Of a stretch of 48,971 nt of DNA, positions 18,715 to 28,803 are shown piece by piece (position 1 is the stretch's first letter; each line of letters opens with the position of its first letter). The stretch covers positions 1-48,971 of the forward strand of contig JAHDSE010000084.1 of NCBI GenBank assembly GCA_018432955.1. The letters are read 5' to 3'. The translations under genes were made by a program, and so were the position numbers. The stretch is from Syntrophomonadaceae bacterium. GTDB lineage: Bacteria; Bacillota; Syntrophomonadia; Syntrophomonadales; Syntrophomonadaceae. The notes under the pieces were generated by a model. It did no database searches. It was not told the origin of the DNA and saw only the letters and a program-made list of their open reading frames with translations.

Positions 18715-21337
18715 CTAAAAACCGCCCCTCTTTCATCCATTTTTGCACTGTTTCTATTTCATCTTCGCGACTGCTGACTTTTTCATCAAGCCTGAAATTA
18801 TATAGCTCTGCAAAAACCCGGCTGAATGCAGGACCTTCTTTGAGTCCCAGTTCTTTCAGATCATTACCGTTTATCTCCACCTTGACTCTATCTTTGAGTT
18901 CAATATAGCGGGCCAGGTTTTCCCATGCTTCTTCTTCTCTTACCAGTAATAGCAGATACACAATATTTTCTTTATACCAGCTTCCCAGGGTTCTGTCTAT
19001 CTCACTGGCCGGACAATCCGGTCTTTTCATCAAAGCCTGGGCTACTGCCGGAACTTGACGGGATTCGCATATGCACAAATGGGCATATTTGTCAAAAGGA
19101 TACCTTGCCAGTATCTGTTCCACTTCCTCCCTGCTTAAGCGGGCCAGAAGTATTATAAAGTACACAAGCCAGGATTTTACGTTATTTCTGTAATGTCTTT
19201 CTTCCCACCAGGCAGTCATGATCGGAACCCTTTTCAGGGTTATTCGGTTAAGGTGTTCCAGCTTCACTTCCGGTAGAATATACTTCCACACTCCGATATC
19301 TTTCATGCGGTCCAGAGCCAGGCCAGGGTCTTTTTCACTGAGAATAAGTATTAGTTCGCTCATTACCCTTTTGTAGGAAAGCTTGCCCAGCATCCGGCGT
19401 TCAATAGCATCTCGTGCAAAACGCAGGGTATCTTCCTCAATGGTAAATTTATAACGCTGTTCAAAACGAATTGCTCTGAGAATTCTGGTAGGATCCTCAA
19501 CAAAACTCATATTGTATAGAATACGGATATAACCTTTTTCCAAATCCCTGCGACCGCCAAAATAATCGATAAGATTCCCAAATCTTTCGGGGTTTAAACA
19601 TATAGCCAGGGTATTAATGGTAAAATCCCTGCGATACATATCCTCCCTTATAGATGACTTTTCCACCCTGGGTAAAGCCGCTGGGAATTCATAATACTCG
19701 GTCCTGGCAGTAGCCACATCAATTTTACTGCCGTCGAGCAAAAAAACTACGGCTGTTCTGAATCTCTCGTGGATACGTGCCCTGCCTCCCAACACCTCAG
19801 CCAGATTCCGGGCCAGAATCTCTCCGTCTCCCTCCACTACCAGATCAATATCAAAATTGGGTACCTGCAGAAAAAGATCCCTGACAAACCCTCCAACAGA
19901 ATAGACCGTACAGTTCATCCCTTCAGCCAATTCTCCTGCCACTTGTAATATGGACAGTATTTTGGATGGTAAACGCTCTTCCATTATGTCCAGGCAGTTC
20001 TCCTGCTCGTCCCCGCTGAAGGAATAGAGAACCTCATGGTCTTCAGGATAGTCTTCACCATGGAGAGTTCTTAATATATCAGTACGGGATACTATTCCTA
20101 TCAGTCTTCCATCCTCGATTACCGGTAACCTGCCAATATCGTTCTCCACCATTATTTTTTGTACTTCGCCAACTGTAGTATCCGGTATAACCGACAAGAC
20201 AGCACTGGTCATAAAGCCTTTTACCGGTGCATGCTCCAGTTCGTGAACCTTGGCTTTGTCTACATCTCTCCGGGAAATAACCCCTATCACTTTGTCTTCA
20301 TCAACTACCGGCATACCCGTATGCCCGTATCTCAACATTATTCGTCCCGCTTCCTCCATGCTTATGTACATGGGAATAGTCTTAACCGGGCTGGACATAA
20401 TATCAGATACCATCAATGCAGGACTGACTTTATCCCCCAGTGCTTCCATCAATAATTGAACAACTTCTTCGGTAGACTTTTTCTTTACTACAGCTGATGC
20501 TGCTTTTTCATGTCCCCTTCCACCTACAACTTTCAAAACATCGTTTATCTTTATGTTGTTTGTCCGGCTTCTGCCTACAACATTAACCTTACCCTGCATC
20601 GAGGCAACTACGAAAACTACATCAGAGTTTTCGACTTCCAGCAAGCGATAGCTGACCATATCCAGTCCAGGTATAAAATCATTGCTTTCAGAAACTGCCA
20701 GAACAACATCCATGTTTTTTATTCGGTAATGGCGCGCTGAATTAAGCAGTTCCTGCAGGAGCTGTCTTTGCTCCCCGGAAAAGGGTTGTTCCATAAAATT
20801 GGCGACTACAGAGAGATTAGCCCCCCGACTCAACAAAAAGGCAGCAGCCGAAAGATCCCTGGGCGTTGTAGAACTGAACAAGAGGCTCCCTGTATCCTCA
20901 TATATTCCCAGGGCCAGAATAGTAGCATCAAAACCGCTAATACCAATATTACGAGCAATGATTTCTTCAACCAGTATAGTGGTTGCTGCTCCAACTTGAT
21001 GTACTTCTTTAATACTGCCCGGTAAATCATCAGGTGAAGACGGATGGTGGTCATAAATGTGAAAATCCAGACCATCTCGTCTGGCTAAGTCCTTGAGGTG
21101 TCCGAGGCGATTGGCATTGGCAGTATCGACAACTATCATACGCTCAACACTATCAAGTGCTATTTCTTTGGGACTCCTTATCATTAATAAATCCTTGTAA
21201 AGCGCCATAAATTTCTTGACATTCTTGGAAAGTGTTCCCGAAAACACTTTAACAGCAGCAGGATATAGCTTTCCAGCTGCAACCATACTGGCCAGACCGT
21301 CAAAATCGACGGCATTATGAGAAGTAATTATTTCCAC
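18698..21337 (-). CDS. DHH/DHHA1 phosphoesterase - CBS pair - poly(A) polymerase/CCA-transferase-family nucleotidyltransferase fusion protein
   Basis: N-terminal SHNAVDFDGLAS and YDHHP (DHH) motifs, two CBS-like repeats, then GGFVRDLFL...DIDLVVEGD and RRDFTINTLA nucleotidyltransferase motifs, and a C-terminal helical region. Confidence 0.85.
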   Translation of the reverse strand: MEIITSHNAVDFDGLASMVAAGKLYPAAVKVFSGTLSKNVKKFMALYKDLLMIRSPKEIALDSVERMIVVDTANANRLGHLKDLARRDGLDFHIYDHHPSSPDDLPGSIKEVHQVGAATTILVEEIIARNIGISGFDATILALGIYEDTGSLLFSSTTPRDLSAAAFLLSRGANLSVVANFMEQPFSGEQRQLLQELLNSARHYRIKNMDVVLAVSESNDFIPGLDMVSYRLLEVENSDVVFVVASMQGKVNVVGRSRTNNIKINDVLKVVGGRGHEKAASAVVKKKSTEEVVQLLMEALGDKVSPALMVSDIMSSPVKTIPMYISMEEAGRIMLRYGHTGMPVVDEDKVIGVISRRDVDKAKVHELEHAPVKGFMTSAVLSVIPDTTVGEVQKIMVENDIGRLPVIEDGRLIGIVSRTDILRTLHGEDYPEDHEVLYSFSGDEQENCLDIMEERLPSKILSILQVAGELAEGMNCTVYSVGGFVRDLFLQVPNFDIDLVVEGDGEILARNLAEVLGGRARIHERFRTAVVFLLDGSKIDVATARTEYYEFPAALPRVEKSSIREDMYRRDFTINTLAICLNPERFGNLIDYFGGRRDLEKGYIRILYNMSFVEDPTRILRAIRFEQRYKFTIEEDTLRFARDAIERRMLGKLSYKRVMSELILILSEKDPGLALDRMKDIGVWKYILPEVKLEHLNRITLKRVPIMTAWWEERHYRNNVKSWLVYFIILLARLSREEVEQILARYPFDKYAHLCICESRQVPAVAQALMKRPDCPASEIDRTLGSWYKENIVYLLLLVREEEAWENLARYIELKDRVKVEINGNDLKELGLKEGPAFSRVFAELYNFRLDEKVSSREDEIETVQKWMKEGRFLGADHN

Positions 21338-21522
21338 AACAAAACTCCTATTCTAAGATACCTGCATTATATCACAAAACACTGGAAGATGAAGGATAAG
21401 CCCCAGGCCCAGTTTACCAGGATAAGAAAAAACAAACATCTTTTTCTCCTGTCCGGATGTCAGCCAGGAAGATATTCAAAAGGCTTTTGGACCTAAACAA
21501 TAGAGCTTATTTTTTATTTTGG

Positions 21523-21683
21523 AAAGTCAAGAACCAGGTTTAGCAACCTGGCTCTTGGAGTACTCTGATTTATTAATTATTAGTGCTGGAGTATTACAAG
21601 CTTTCCAGCTTTGTGTCATTCATTACCAGATCCTCTTATCAAGTCGGCAAAACCCTCATTTGCAGCCCCCGGCCCTTTAAGAG
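21523..21683 (-). pseudogene. Frameshifted relic of a lysA 3' end plus its downstream hairpin; direct repeat of 30554-30723
   Basis: By-eye alignment to the genuine lysA 3' end shows about three quarters identity. Conceptual translation gives LKGPGAANEGFADLI and EDLVMNDTKLESL-stop, against lysA LKPAMVLVNEGSADLI and EDLIRNDRMVARL-stop, with the stop codons aligned. A deletion of about 19 nt breaks the frame. The hairpin GAACCAGGTT-TAGC-AACCTGGCTC is conserved. Confidence 0.75.
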
Positions 21684-22603
21684 CCTGAGACGATCTTTCC
21701 GGTCAGAGAGGTATCATAGCCTATATGCTGTTCAACCGCCCGTTTATATGCGCTAGAGTTTATAACTGCCTGTATCTGCTGCCATTCAGGCTTTTCTGCT
21801 GTTTCCTGAAGAATAACCAGATCAAACCGTTCCTTAAACAGGGGCACAAAATCCAAACCCATCCTTTGAGCTGCAAATTGAATGCCAATACCGAAATCCG
21901 CTTCTCCATTAGCAACCTTAAGTGCAACTCCCCAATGAGTCTTTTCTTCATTTTCATAGCCGTGAATCTGGCGGATTGGTATTTCGTTTTCCATCAAATA
22001 TTGATCTATTCTTAAACGGGTGCCGGAGCCTCTCTGCCGGTTTACAAAGCGAAGACCTTTTTTGCTTATATCTTCCCAGGATTTGATATTGTGTTTATTG
22101 CCTGCAGGGACTATCCAACCCTGGGACCTTTGCACCAGGTTAACAACCGTATAAGCTTCAGCCAGAAGGATGTGTTCTACGAAGGGTATATTATATTCCT
22201 GTAATTTTTTATCCCAAAGATGAATACCCGTTACTTGCGCTTCTCTGTGATAAAGAGCAATCAAGCCTTGCATACTACCTTTAAAAACCGTCTTAAGGGA
22301 AAAAGTAGAAGAGGAGTGATTCAAAAACTCTGCCAGCAGTTCAACGGATAGATCATGGCTGCCCATAAAACAAAAGCCATTATCTGAAGATACATCCTCG
22401 TGCGCCTCAGAATGCTCCTGGGGGCGTTTTTCACCTGAGTCTCCCTGCAAGTATTGCATTAGTAAATCATAATCAATACGTATTTTCCTTCCAATACGCT
22501 TAGAGGGGATTTCTCCCCGTTTTATTAGCTCGTACAGGGTGTATCTGGAAATTTTAAGTATTTGAGCAGCTTCCTCCGGGGTAAGGGGCGGATGATCAGA
22601 AAT
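21677..22603 (-). CDS. Transcriptional regulator: excisionase/MerR-type HTH fused to a molybdate/tungstate-type periplasmic-binding-protein-like domain
   Basis: The PBP-like body runs from 21677 to 22459. The 48 codons upstream are open in frame and encode LTPEEAAQILKISRYTLYELIKRGEIPSKRIGRKIRI (HTH_17-like). There is no ATG, GTG or TTG between the upstream TGA (22612-22610) and the ATG at 22459. The best candidate start is the ATT at 22603, which has GAAGGAG 10 nt upstream. Confidence 0.7.
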   Translation of the reverse strand: MSDHPPLTPEEAAQILKISRYTLYELIKRGEIPSKRIGRKIRIDYDLLMQYLQGDSGEKRPQEHSEAHEDVSSDNGFCFMGSHDLSVELLAEFLNHSSSTFSLKTVFKGSMQGLIALYHREAQVTGIHLWDKKLQEYNIPFVEHILLAEAYTVVNLVQRSQGWIVPAGNKHNIKSWEDISKKGLRFVNRQRGSGTRLRIDQYLMENEIPIRQIHGYENEEKTHWGVALKVANGEADFGIGIQFAAQRMGLDFVPLFKERFDLVILQETAEKPEWQQIQAVINSSAYKRAVEQHIGYDTSLTGKIVSGS

Positions 22604-22914
22604 GGGTAGTCAGCTCCTTCCGCATATCAGTAAATAATCTCAATTAACAAATCTATTTCATTTCAATTATACTGCTTTCTATCATTGTTTTAAAAATAAC
22701 ATTCAGGGTAGGAGCATGTCAACTTACTACGGATTATTAAAAACCCAAATATCTCCTTTAATATCCAAGATGTTCTGATTGTCTTAATAATTATAAACTT
22801 ACCATTAATATTGGCATAATTAAAGATGTCTATGCTTTTTTTGCCGCAAGTAGTTTTCTTATTTGAGTTTTCCTGAGCAATATTAGATTTCCAGGTTCTT
22901 CACTTAAATCCTAT

Positions 22915-22946
22915 AGAAAAAAAAAGCTTCCCGCAAAAGCGGGAAG
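22915..22946 (-). terminator. Intrinsic terminator of the fdh operon
   Basis: Minus strand reads CUUCCCGC-UUUU-GCGGGAAG followed by a run of nine U, 155 nt downstream of the fdhE stop. Confidence 0.85.
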
Positions 22947-23100
22947 AAAAAGATTGGGATTGTATGAAAAAAGCCTAAGCTCTTTCATCAATAATAATAT
23001 GTGCACTCAGCCTGTTTGCACTGTCCAACAAAGACATACCTCCAGACTATCCTTCAGTGCGATAAATTCCTCAATATATTAAAATTAATAATATTTGGCT

Positions 23101-23874
23101 TTAGTTAATTTGATTATCTTTTCTAACCTGTTCTTCTATCCAGCGTTCGGTTGCATAATTCAACGGAAGCGTTCTCATATCTTCCCATAAATAATCTACA
23201 GCAGAAAGCTTGCGCCCATCTATTTCCTTGAAATACTGCCCGCAGATCTGACAAACACCCATTTCAATTCCTGGAAAAGCTTCATTGTCAAAATATAAGA
23301 GTTTCTTGGAATCTTCACTACCGCAAAACAGACAACCGGTACGTTGTACAGGCCATTCAAAGCTGCATGTGCTGCAGTGCATCACTCTTTTGCCATCAGG
23401 TTCGGTCAGAACCGCCAGGGTTGAAATTTCGCCACAAACCGGGCAAGCCACCACATTCTTCTCTGGATTCTCGGACGCACGGGGATTGAATTTTTGCTCC
23501 GGCACTCCCTTTTCACTGACGGCCTGGCTGGCAAGCTTTGCCACACCACTAACTGCCATTTGAAAACGGCTTGCCATTTCCGGGTTCATCGTGTTTTTAC
23601 CCAGCTTCAACTGCTCCCACAGCTCCTGCAGTTTTAAATCAGTTATTTCTACTTTGGCAGAGATATTTAATCTCTGCCAAAGCTCAATAATCGCATCCTG
23701 GGGTAAATCAGTAATAGGTAAATATGGGGATTCTTTATTCATGCTCAAACCAGCCAGCCAATATGAACCACGTTTCCGTATCCATTCATCAACCTCAAGT
23801 TTGAGCTGACGATACTTCTGGTAGGCTTGTTCCAGGTTCTCAGTAACTAGCAATTGGTTTTTTTCTGCAGTCAT
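23101..23874 (-). CDS. fdhE: Formate dehydrogenase accessory protein FdhE
   Basis: Four CxxC pairs (CPVCG, CSTCS, CLFCG, CQICG) with the FdhE spacing. It is the last gene of the fdh operon. Confidence 0.85.
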   Translation of the reverse strand: MTAEKNQLLVTENLEQAYQKYRQLKLEVDEWIRKRGSYWLAGLSMNKESPYLPITDLPQDAIIELWQRLNISAKVEITDLKLQELWEQLKLGKNTMNPEMASRFQMAVSGVAKLASQAVSEKGVPEQKFNPRASENPEKNVVACPVCGEISTLAVLTEPDGKRVMHCSTCSFEWPVQRTGCLFCGSEDSKKLLYFDNEAFPGIEMGVCQICGQYFKEIDGRKLSAVDYLWEDMRTLPLNYATERWIEEQVRKDNQIN

Positions 23875-23887
23875 TAAAATTCTCCTC

Positions 23888-24550
23888 TTATTCTCTTATG
23901 GTTTCTTTAGCCTCTTCGTTATACCATTTTTCGTAGTGTTCATAAGCAAACTTGGCCGGAACCCAACCAGTAAAAATACCCTTTAAAGCCTGATTCGAAT
24001 CAGGATGAAGTACTCCCAGATATAGATGGGCAATCAAAAGAGCAGCCATAAAGAGTGCGCAGGCAGCATGTATGGGATATGCCCACTGTACCACTACAGC
24101 TGGCATGGAAGAAGCAAACCACATAATGTAACCGCTGATAACAATACCAAGTGTTCCAAGAATGGTAAACATAGAGTTCAACTTTTCACCACCGTTAAAC
24201 TTACCCTGGGGCGGAAATGGTTTATGCCCGCCAAAGAATTCTATACCAAAATTCTTGGCATGAGCCAAATCAGCTTTACGGAAGTTAACGACATCTTTAA
24301 ACCAGCGCCGCATCTGGCGTGCGCCTTGTCCTTTGCCAATAAATCCTACAAGCATACCCAACGTAAACAGCACAGCAACGACACGATGAATATTTCTGCT
24401 TACTTGAATCCCGCCGAATATGTTCATGGCCGGTTGAAAAGCGATGACCAGCACGCCCAGCCCGGTAAAAAGCAACAATAGAAATGCAATGCCGTGACAC
24501 CAGTGAACAAAACGCTCTCCTGCTGAGAAACGATATACCTCTTTTGCCAT
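23888..24550 (-). CDS. fdnI: Formate dehydrogenase gamma subunit (membrane b-type cytochrome)
   Basis: Four TM helices with conserved His residues (FVHWCH, NIHRV, IAHLYLGVLH), placed directly after the Fe-S subunit gene. Confidence 0.85.
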   Translation of the reverse strand: MAKEVYRFSAGERFVHWCHGIAFLLLLFTGLGVLVIAFQPAMNIFGGIQVSRNIHRVVAVLFTLGMLVGFIGKGQGARQMRRWFKDVVNFRKADLAHAKNFGIEFFGGHKPFPPQGKFNGGEKLNSMFTILGTLGIVISGYIMWFASSMPAVVVQWAYPIHAACALFMAALLIAHLYLGVLHPDSNQALKGIFTGWVPAKFAYEHYEKWYNEEAKETIRE

Positions 24551-24552
24551 AT

Positions 24553-25365
24553 CTACATACCTCCTTCGTCGTGGGATTCTGCGATATTTTTCGCTCTGTT
24601 GGCATAATTACCCCTGAGTAAATTGGCAATAACCCCTACAGTGATAGCTGCAGCCGAAGCACCAATTGCGATACCACCCAGCGGATGAACTATATCTTTC
24701 CAAAGAGTCAAAGATATCGGCGATGTGGGATTTAAAGGAAGCCCATAAGCATCTGGCCTATCCTGCAGCAGATAAACATAAGTCGTGCCGCCCATTAATT
24801 TATCACCATACAAATGTGCTTTCGGATTTGTTAATTGAAGCTCTGCTACCCGTGCCTGGGCTTTGGGCATCAGCTCATCACGATCGCCAAACTGTATCGC
24901 TCCGGTCTGACAGACTTGAGCACATGCCGGCTTCATTCCATTTTCAACGCGGTCAATACAACCATTGCATTTGTACATTTTATTAGTGGCTTCATCAATC
25001 TTGGGAACACCCCATGGACAGTTCGCCACACAATAACCGCAACCAATGCATTTGTCTCTGTCTACCAAAGTATATCCTGATTCTGTCTTATAGATGGCAT
25101 CGGACGAACAAGCCTTCATACAAGCAGGATCATCGCAATGGAAGCACTGTAATTTCAGCATATTAAAATGCATTTTATTATCATAGTATTCTTCTTTGAA
25201 CCTGACATAGGTATAGGTAGTGGGTGTAAAATCAGCCTGGGTCTGATAGCTGCTTATGCGTCGTGTCTTTTCAGCCGGAAGGTCGTTCCAGGCTTTGCAG
25301 GCCACTGAACACGCCTTACACCCGGTACATAATGAAGTATCAATAAAAACCATTTTTTTTGCCAT
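24553..25365 (-). CDS. fdnH: Formate dehydrogenase beta subunit (4Fe-4S clusters, C-terminal membrane anchor)
   Basis: Multiple CxxCxxCxxxC ferredoxin motifs and a C-terminal TM helix. I chose the ATG at 25365 (AAGGAGGG upstream), which falls just after the alpha-subunit stop codon. Confidence 0.9.
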   Translation of the reverse strand: MAKKMVFIDTSLCTGCKACSVACKAWNDLPAEKTRRISSYQTQADFTPTTYTYVRFKEEYYDNKMHFNMLKLQCFHCDDPACMKACSSDAIYKTESGYTLVDRDKCIGCGYCVANCPWGVPKIDEATNKMYKCNGCIDRVENGMKPACAQVCQTGAIQFGDRDELMPKAQARVAELQLTNPKAHLYGDKLMGGTTYVYLLQDRPDAYGLPLNPTSPISLTLWKDIVHPLGGIAIGASAAAITVGVIANLLRGNYANRAKNIAESHDEGGM

Positions 25366-25367
25366 CG

Positions 25368-28300
25368 TTAAGCCCTCCTTATGTTGACAAGACAGCATTT
25401 ATACTCAGGAGTTCCAGCTCCGGGATCCAGAGCAGCCATTGTCACATTGTTCGTACTGGGACCAGGACTCAAGCTGGCAAAACCCCAGCTCCACGGCATA
25501 CCGATAGTTTCCTGATCTTTACCGTTGATTTTAAGAGTCTGGATCCGGTCGGTCACCAGGGCACGTACTACTAACTTGCCGCGGGCAGAGGATACTTCGA
25601 CTTCATCCCCTTCTTTGACACCTATTTTATTAGCCAGGTTTTTACTTATTTCAGCATAAGGCTCAGGTGCTATCTCATTCAGCCAGGGAATATTGCGGGT
25701 AATCGCCCCGGCACAGAAGTGCTCGACAACCCCATATGAAGTAAGAACATAGGGATATTCACCCGGGTTGCCAAATTCAGTTGAGATAATCTTGGCACAG
25801 GGATTGTTCTGCACACTGGGATGCAGGATATTGGATGTCGGGCTTTCAATCGGTTCATAGAATTCAGGCATCGGCCCATCCACCGTCATGCCTGCTCCAC
25901 GGATCGGAACAGACGCAATGGATTCTGTCGGAGTAGCAACTGCACCGCTCATATAAGTAGCTGCAAACAATCGTCCCACGCCTTCCGGATTCTGTTTGAA
26001 ACCCGTCTTGCCTTCTGGAGTATCAGGACCTTTGGTCTTGTCGACCACGTCAGGTCCGTCATTCCCTACCCATAGATTCTGCGCAGCATCCCACCAGATC
26101 AGCTTGCGCCTGGAATCAACCGGCTGGCCTTGGGCATCACAGGAGCAGCGGTTATAAAGGACGCGGATATTGCCAGGCCAGGCAAAAGCATAATCTTTGT
26201 TCAGGCCCAGACCTGTAGGATCGGCATTACCGCGGCGATCAGCCAGGTTTTGGCCTTCTGGTGTTACCCCGGTATATAACCAGTTTCCAGTGGAAACCGT
26301 GCCGACCGGGGCTGACAGGTATTCGCCTATCGTGGCAATCGGTTTGCCGGTAGTGTCATTATACCCATTGAGCTCCTGAAGAACCTTTAATGGTTCGGCT
26401 TCATGCGGGCCATAATCCCAGTTGGCTTTCAAAATCGGTTCATCCTTGGGATCAGTGCTTCCGGCATAAAGAGCACGCACTTTCTTAAAAATGTGATCCA
26501 GCATATCCAAATCAGGGTGTACGCCGTTGAGAGGTGGCAAAGCCACTTCTTTCCACTGAATCAGGCGGGAAGAATTGGTCATGCTGCCGGCCTTTTCATA
26601 TACGAAAGCAGCGGGCAGGAAGATTACCTCGGTCTGAATCTCCGCCGGATTTAACCCTTCTTCTTTCCAGAACTGGGCGGTTTCTGTGTTGAATATGTCG
26701 GCCACTACCAGCATTTCCAGCGCAGACAGGCCTCGGGCCACCAGTTTCCTGTCCGGAATGGAAACTGTGGAATTGGAACCCCAGTTGAGGAGAAGCTTAA
26801 ACTGTCCTTCTTCCATTTTACCGAAGAAATGGGTCTGAGTCGGCATATTGGAAGGATTGTTCTTGGGCAGCCACTGATATCCGTATTCGTTTTCGGCTGT
26901 GGCGTTTTTGCCAAACCAGGCCTTGAGCAGAGCTACCAATGGTCTATGTTGAACCGAGCCTTTATTCCTTGCAAAATCATTCAGGGTTTTTTCTTGATTA
27001 GTGGGATAAGGAATATACCCCGGCAGGTTGGCATTCAAATTGGCCATATCGGTAGAACCCTGAACATTGGGTTCGCCTCGCAGAGCCTGTATGCCTCCGC
27101 CAGCCTTGCCCATATTGCCCAGAAGCAACTGAATGATCGCATAGCAGCGAATACCCTGCACCCCGGTGGTATGCTGGGTCATGCCCAGGGCATAGAAGAT
27201 GTTGCCAGGATTAGCTGCAGCAAAGGTATCGGCTATCAGCTTGATTTTGGCAACTGGTATTCCGCTGATGCTTGAAGCTACATCAAAGGTATATCTGGAA
27301 TAGTGGGCTTTAAGCTTTTGGAAAACACAGTCCGGATCATCCAGGCTATTTGCCTTTACCGGTTTACCCTCAGCATCCAGCTGATAGGCCCAGCTTGCGT
27401 AATCATACTTCTTGGTTTCAGGATTAAATCCGGAAAACATGCCATCTTTAAATTCAAAATCCTTGCTTACCTTATAAAGCGCATTGGTAAAATTCATAAC
27501 ATAGAATTCATTATAAAGCCTATTTTCGATATAATAATTGATCATTGAACCCAGGTAAGCTATATCGGTTCCGGGACGAATCTGAGCAAAGATATCCGCC
27601 TGGGAAGCGGTACGTGTAAAACGCGGGTCGACAACAATCACCTTGGCGCCTTTCGCCCGGGCACGGTTTACCCATTTCATGGCAATTGGATGACATTCCG
27701 CACAATTGCTGCCTGCGATCAAGAAACACTCAGAGTTCTGCATATCCTGCCAGGAGTTGGTCATGGCACCGCGTCCAAATGAAGGTGACAAACTCGCCAC
27801 CGTGGGCGCGTGTCAGATACGTGCCTGGTGTTCGTGATACGGTGTCCCGATCAGGCGGGCAATCTTGGAAAGCAGGTAGCTTTCTTCATTGTCGACCTCG
27901 GCCGAACCTAACATACAAATACCTTCAGCCCGGTTAACCGTAACTGTTTCTTTCTCTCCGGTTTTGGTATTTGTAATCTCATCAGTGCTCGTCCAGGTCT
28001 TATCTCTGACCTCCTTGATTTTCTTGGCAATGCGATCATAAGCTTCTTCCCAGGAAATATCCACGAATTTGTCAGAGCCCGGGGCACGATAAAGCGGATT
28101 TTTCGGACGTTCCGGAGAGTAAGCCACCTGTGCCAGGCTGGCTGCCTTGGGGCAAAGGCTTCCTTCATTGATGGGATTGTCCGGGTTCCCATCGAGGTGG
28201 ACCAGTTTTCCGTCCTTAACATGCAGGAGAAGCCCGCATCCACCTGAGCAAAAGTGACAGATACTGGGTATCTTTGTGCATCCTGCCAGCTTCAGTGCAT

Positions 28301-28409
28301 ATCCCTGTGCGGCAGTTGCTTCCAGGTTAAACCCCACTCCAGAAGCAACTACGGCAGCGGATAAACCTGAAAGCTTCAGAAATCCACGACGAGTAACTTT
28401 CATCACCAA
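25368..28409 (-). CDS. fdnG: Formate dehydrogenase alpha subunit: Tat-exported molybdo/tungstopterin selenoprotein (1013 aa, with TGA 27815-27813 read as Sec)
   Basis: The two ORF-track pieces (27813..28409 and 25368..27800) are in the same frame and separated only by a TGA. The junction reads YHEHQARI-U-HAPTVASLSPSFGRGAMTN, the conserved FdnG/FdhF Sec active-site context. The N-terminus carries a twin-arginine signal (TRRGFLKLS) and a CxxCxxGC 4Fe-4S motif. Confidence 0.92.
27767..27815 (-). promoter_or_regulatory. Sec UGA codon plus a candidate bacterial SECIS hairpin
   Basis: The mRNA reads UGA CACGCGCC-CAC-GGUGGCG-AGUU-UGUCACC-UUCAUUU-GGACGCGGUG. The apical hairpin starts 11 nt after the UGA, the same spacing as in E. 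coli fdhF. A lower helix CACGCGCC/GGACGCGGUG closes it, with bulges. Confidence 0.6.
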
Positions 28410-28803
28410 TCTCTACCTCCCTTAATATACTACTAAAACCTGCAAATACTCCTTTTGCCAGAGTACCTGATTGCATTTACGCATAAATTTTGTAAATTTA
28501 TGGTGGATATGAACCCCTGAGTAATTTTGCGAATAATGGCCTGATTACATTAATCTGTATTCTGATCACCAGACTTTCCCTGCCTTATCTGGTATTTGCT
28601 TCAACTCCTTATTCATGCTCACCCGGAGTCATTCCCTCCTCTCATATTTAAAATATTAAAAATCCATTATTTTTGAATAATTAAGCAAATAAATCGATGG
28701 GATAAGCAAAACGGTTCAAGCCAACGCCACAAAAAAACCATTCTTGGATTTTATTACCAATATAGCCCAGCTACTATCTATCAATTCTCAGCAAGGCTTT
28801 TAG

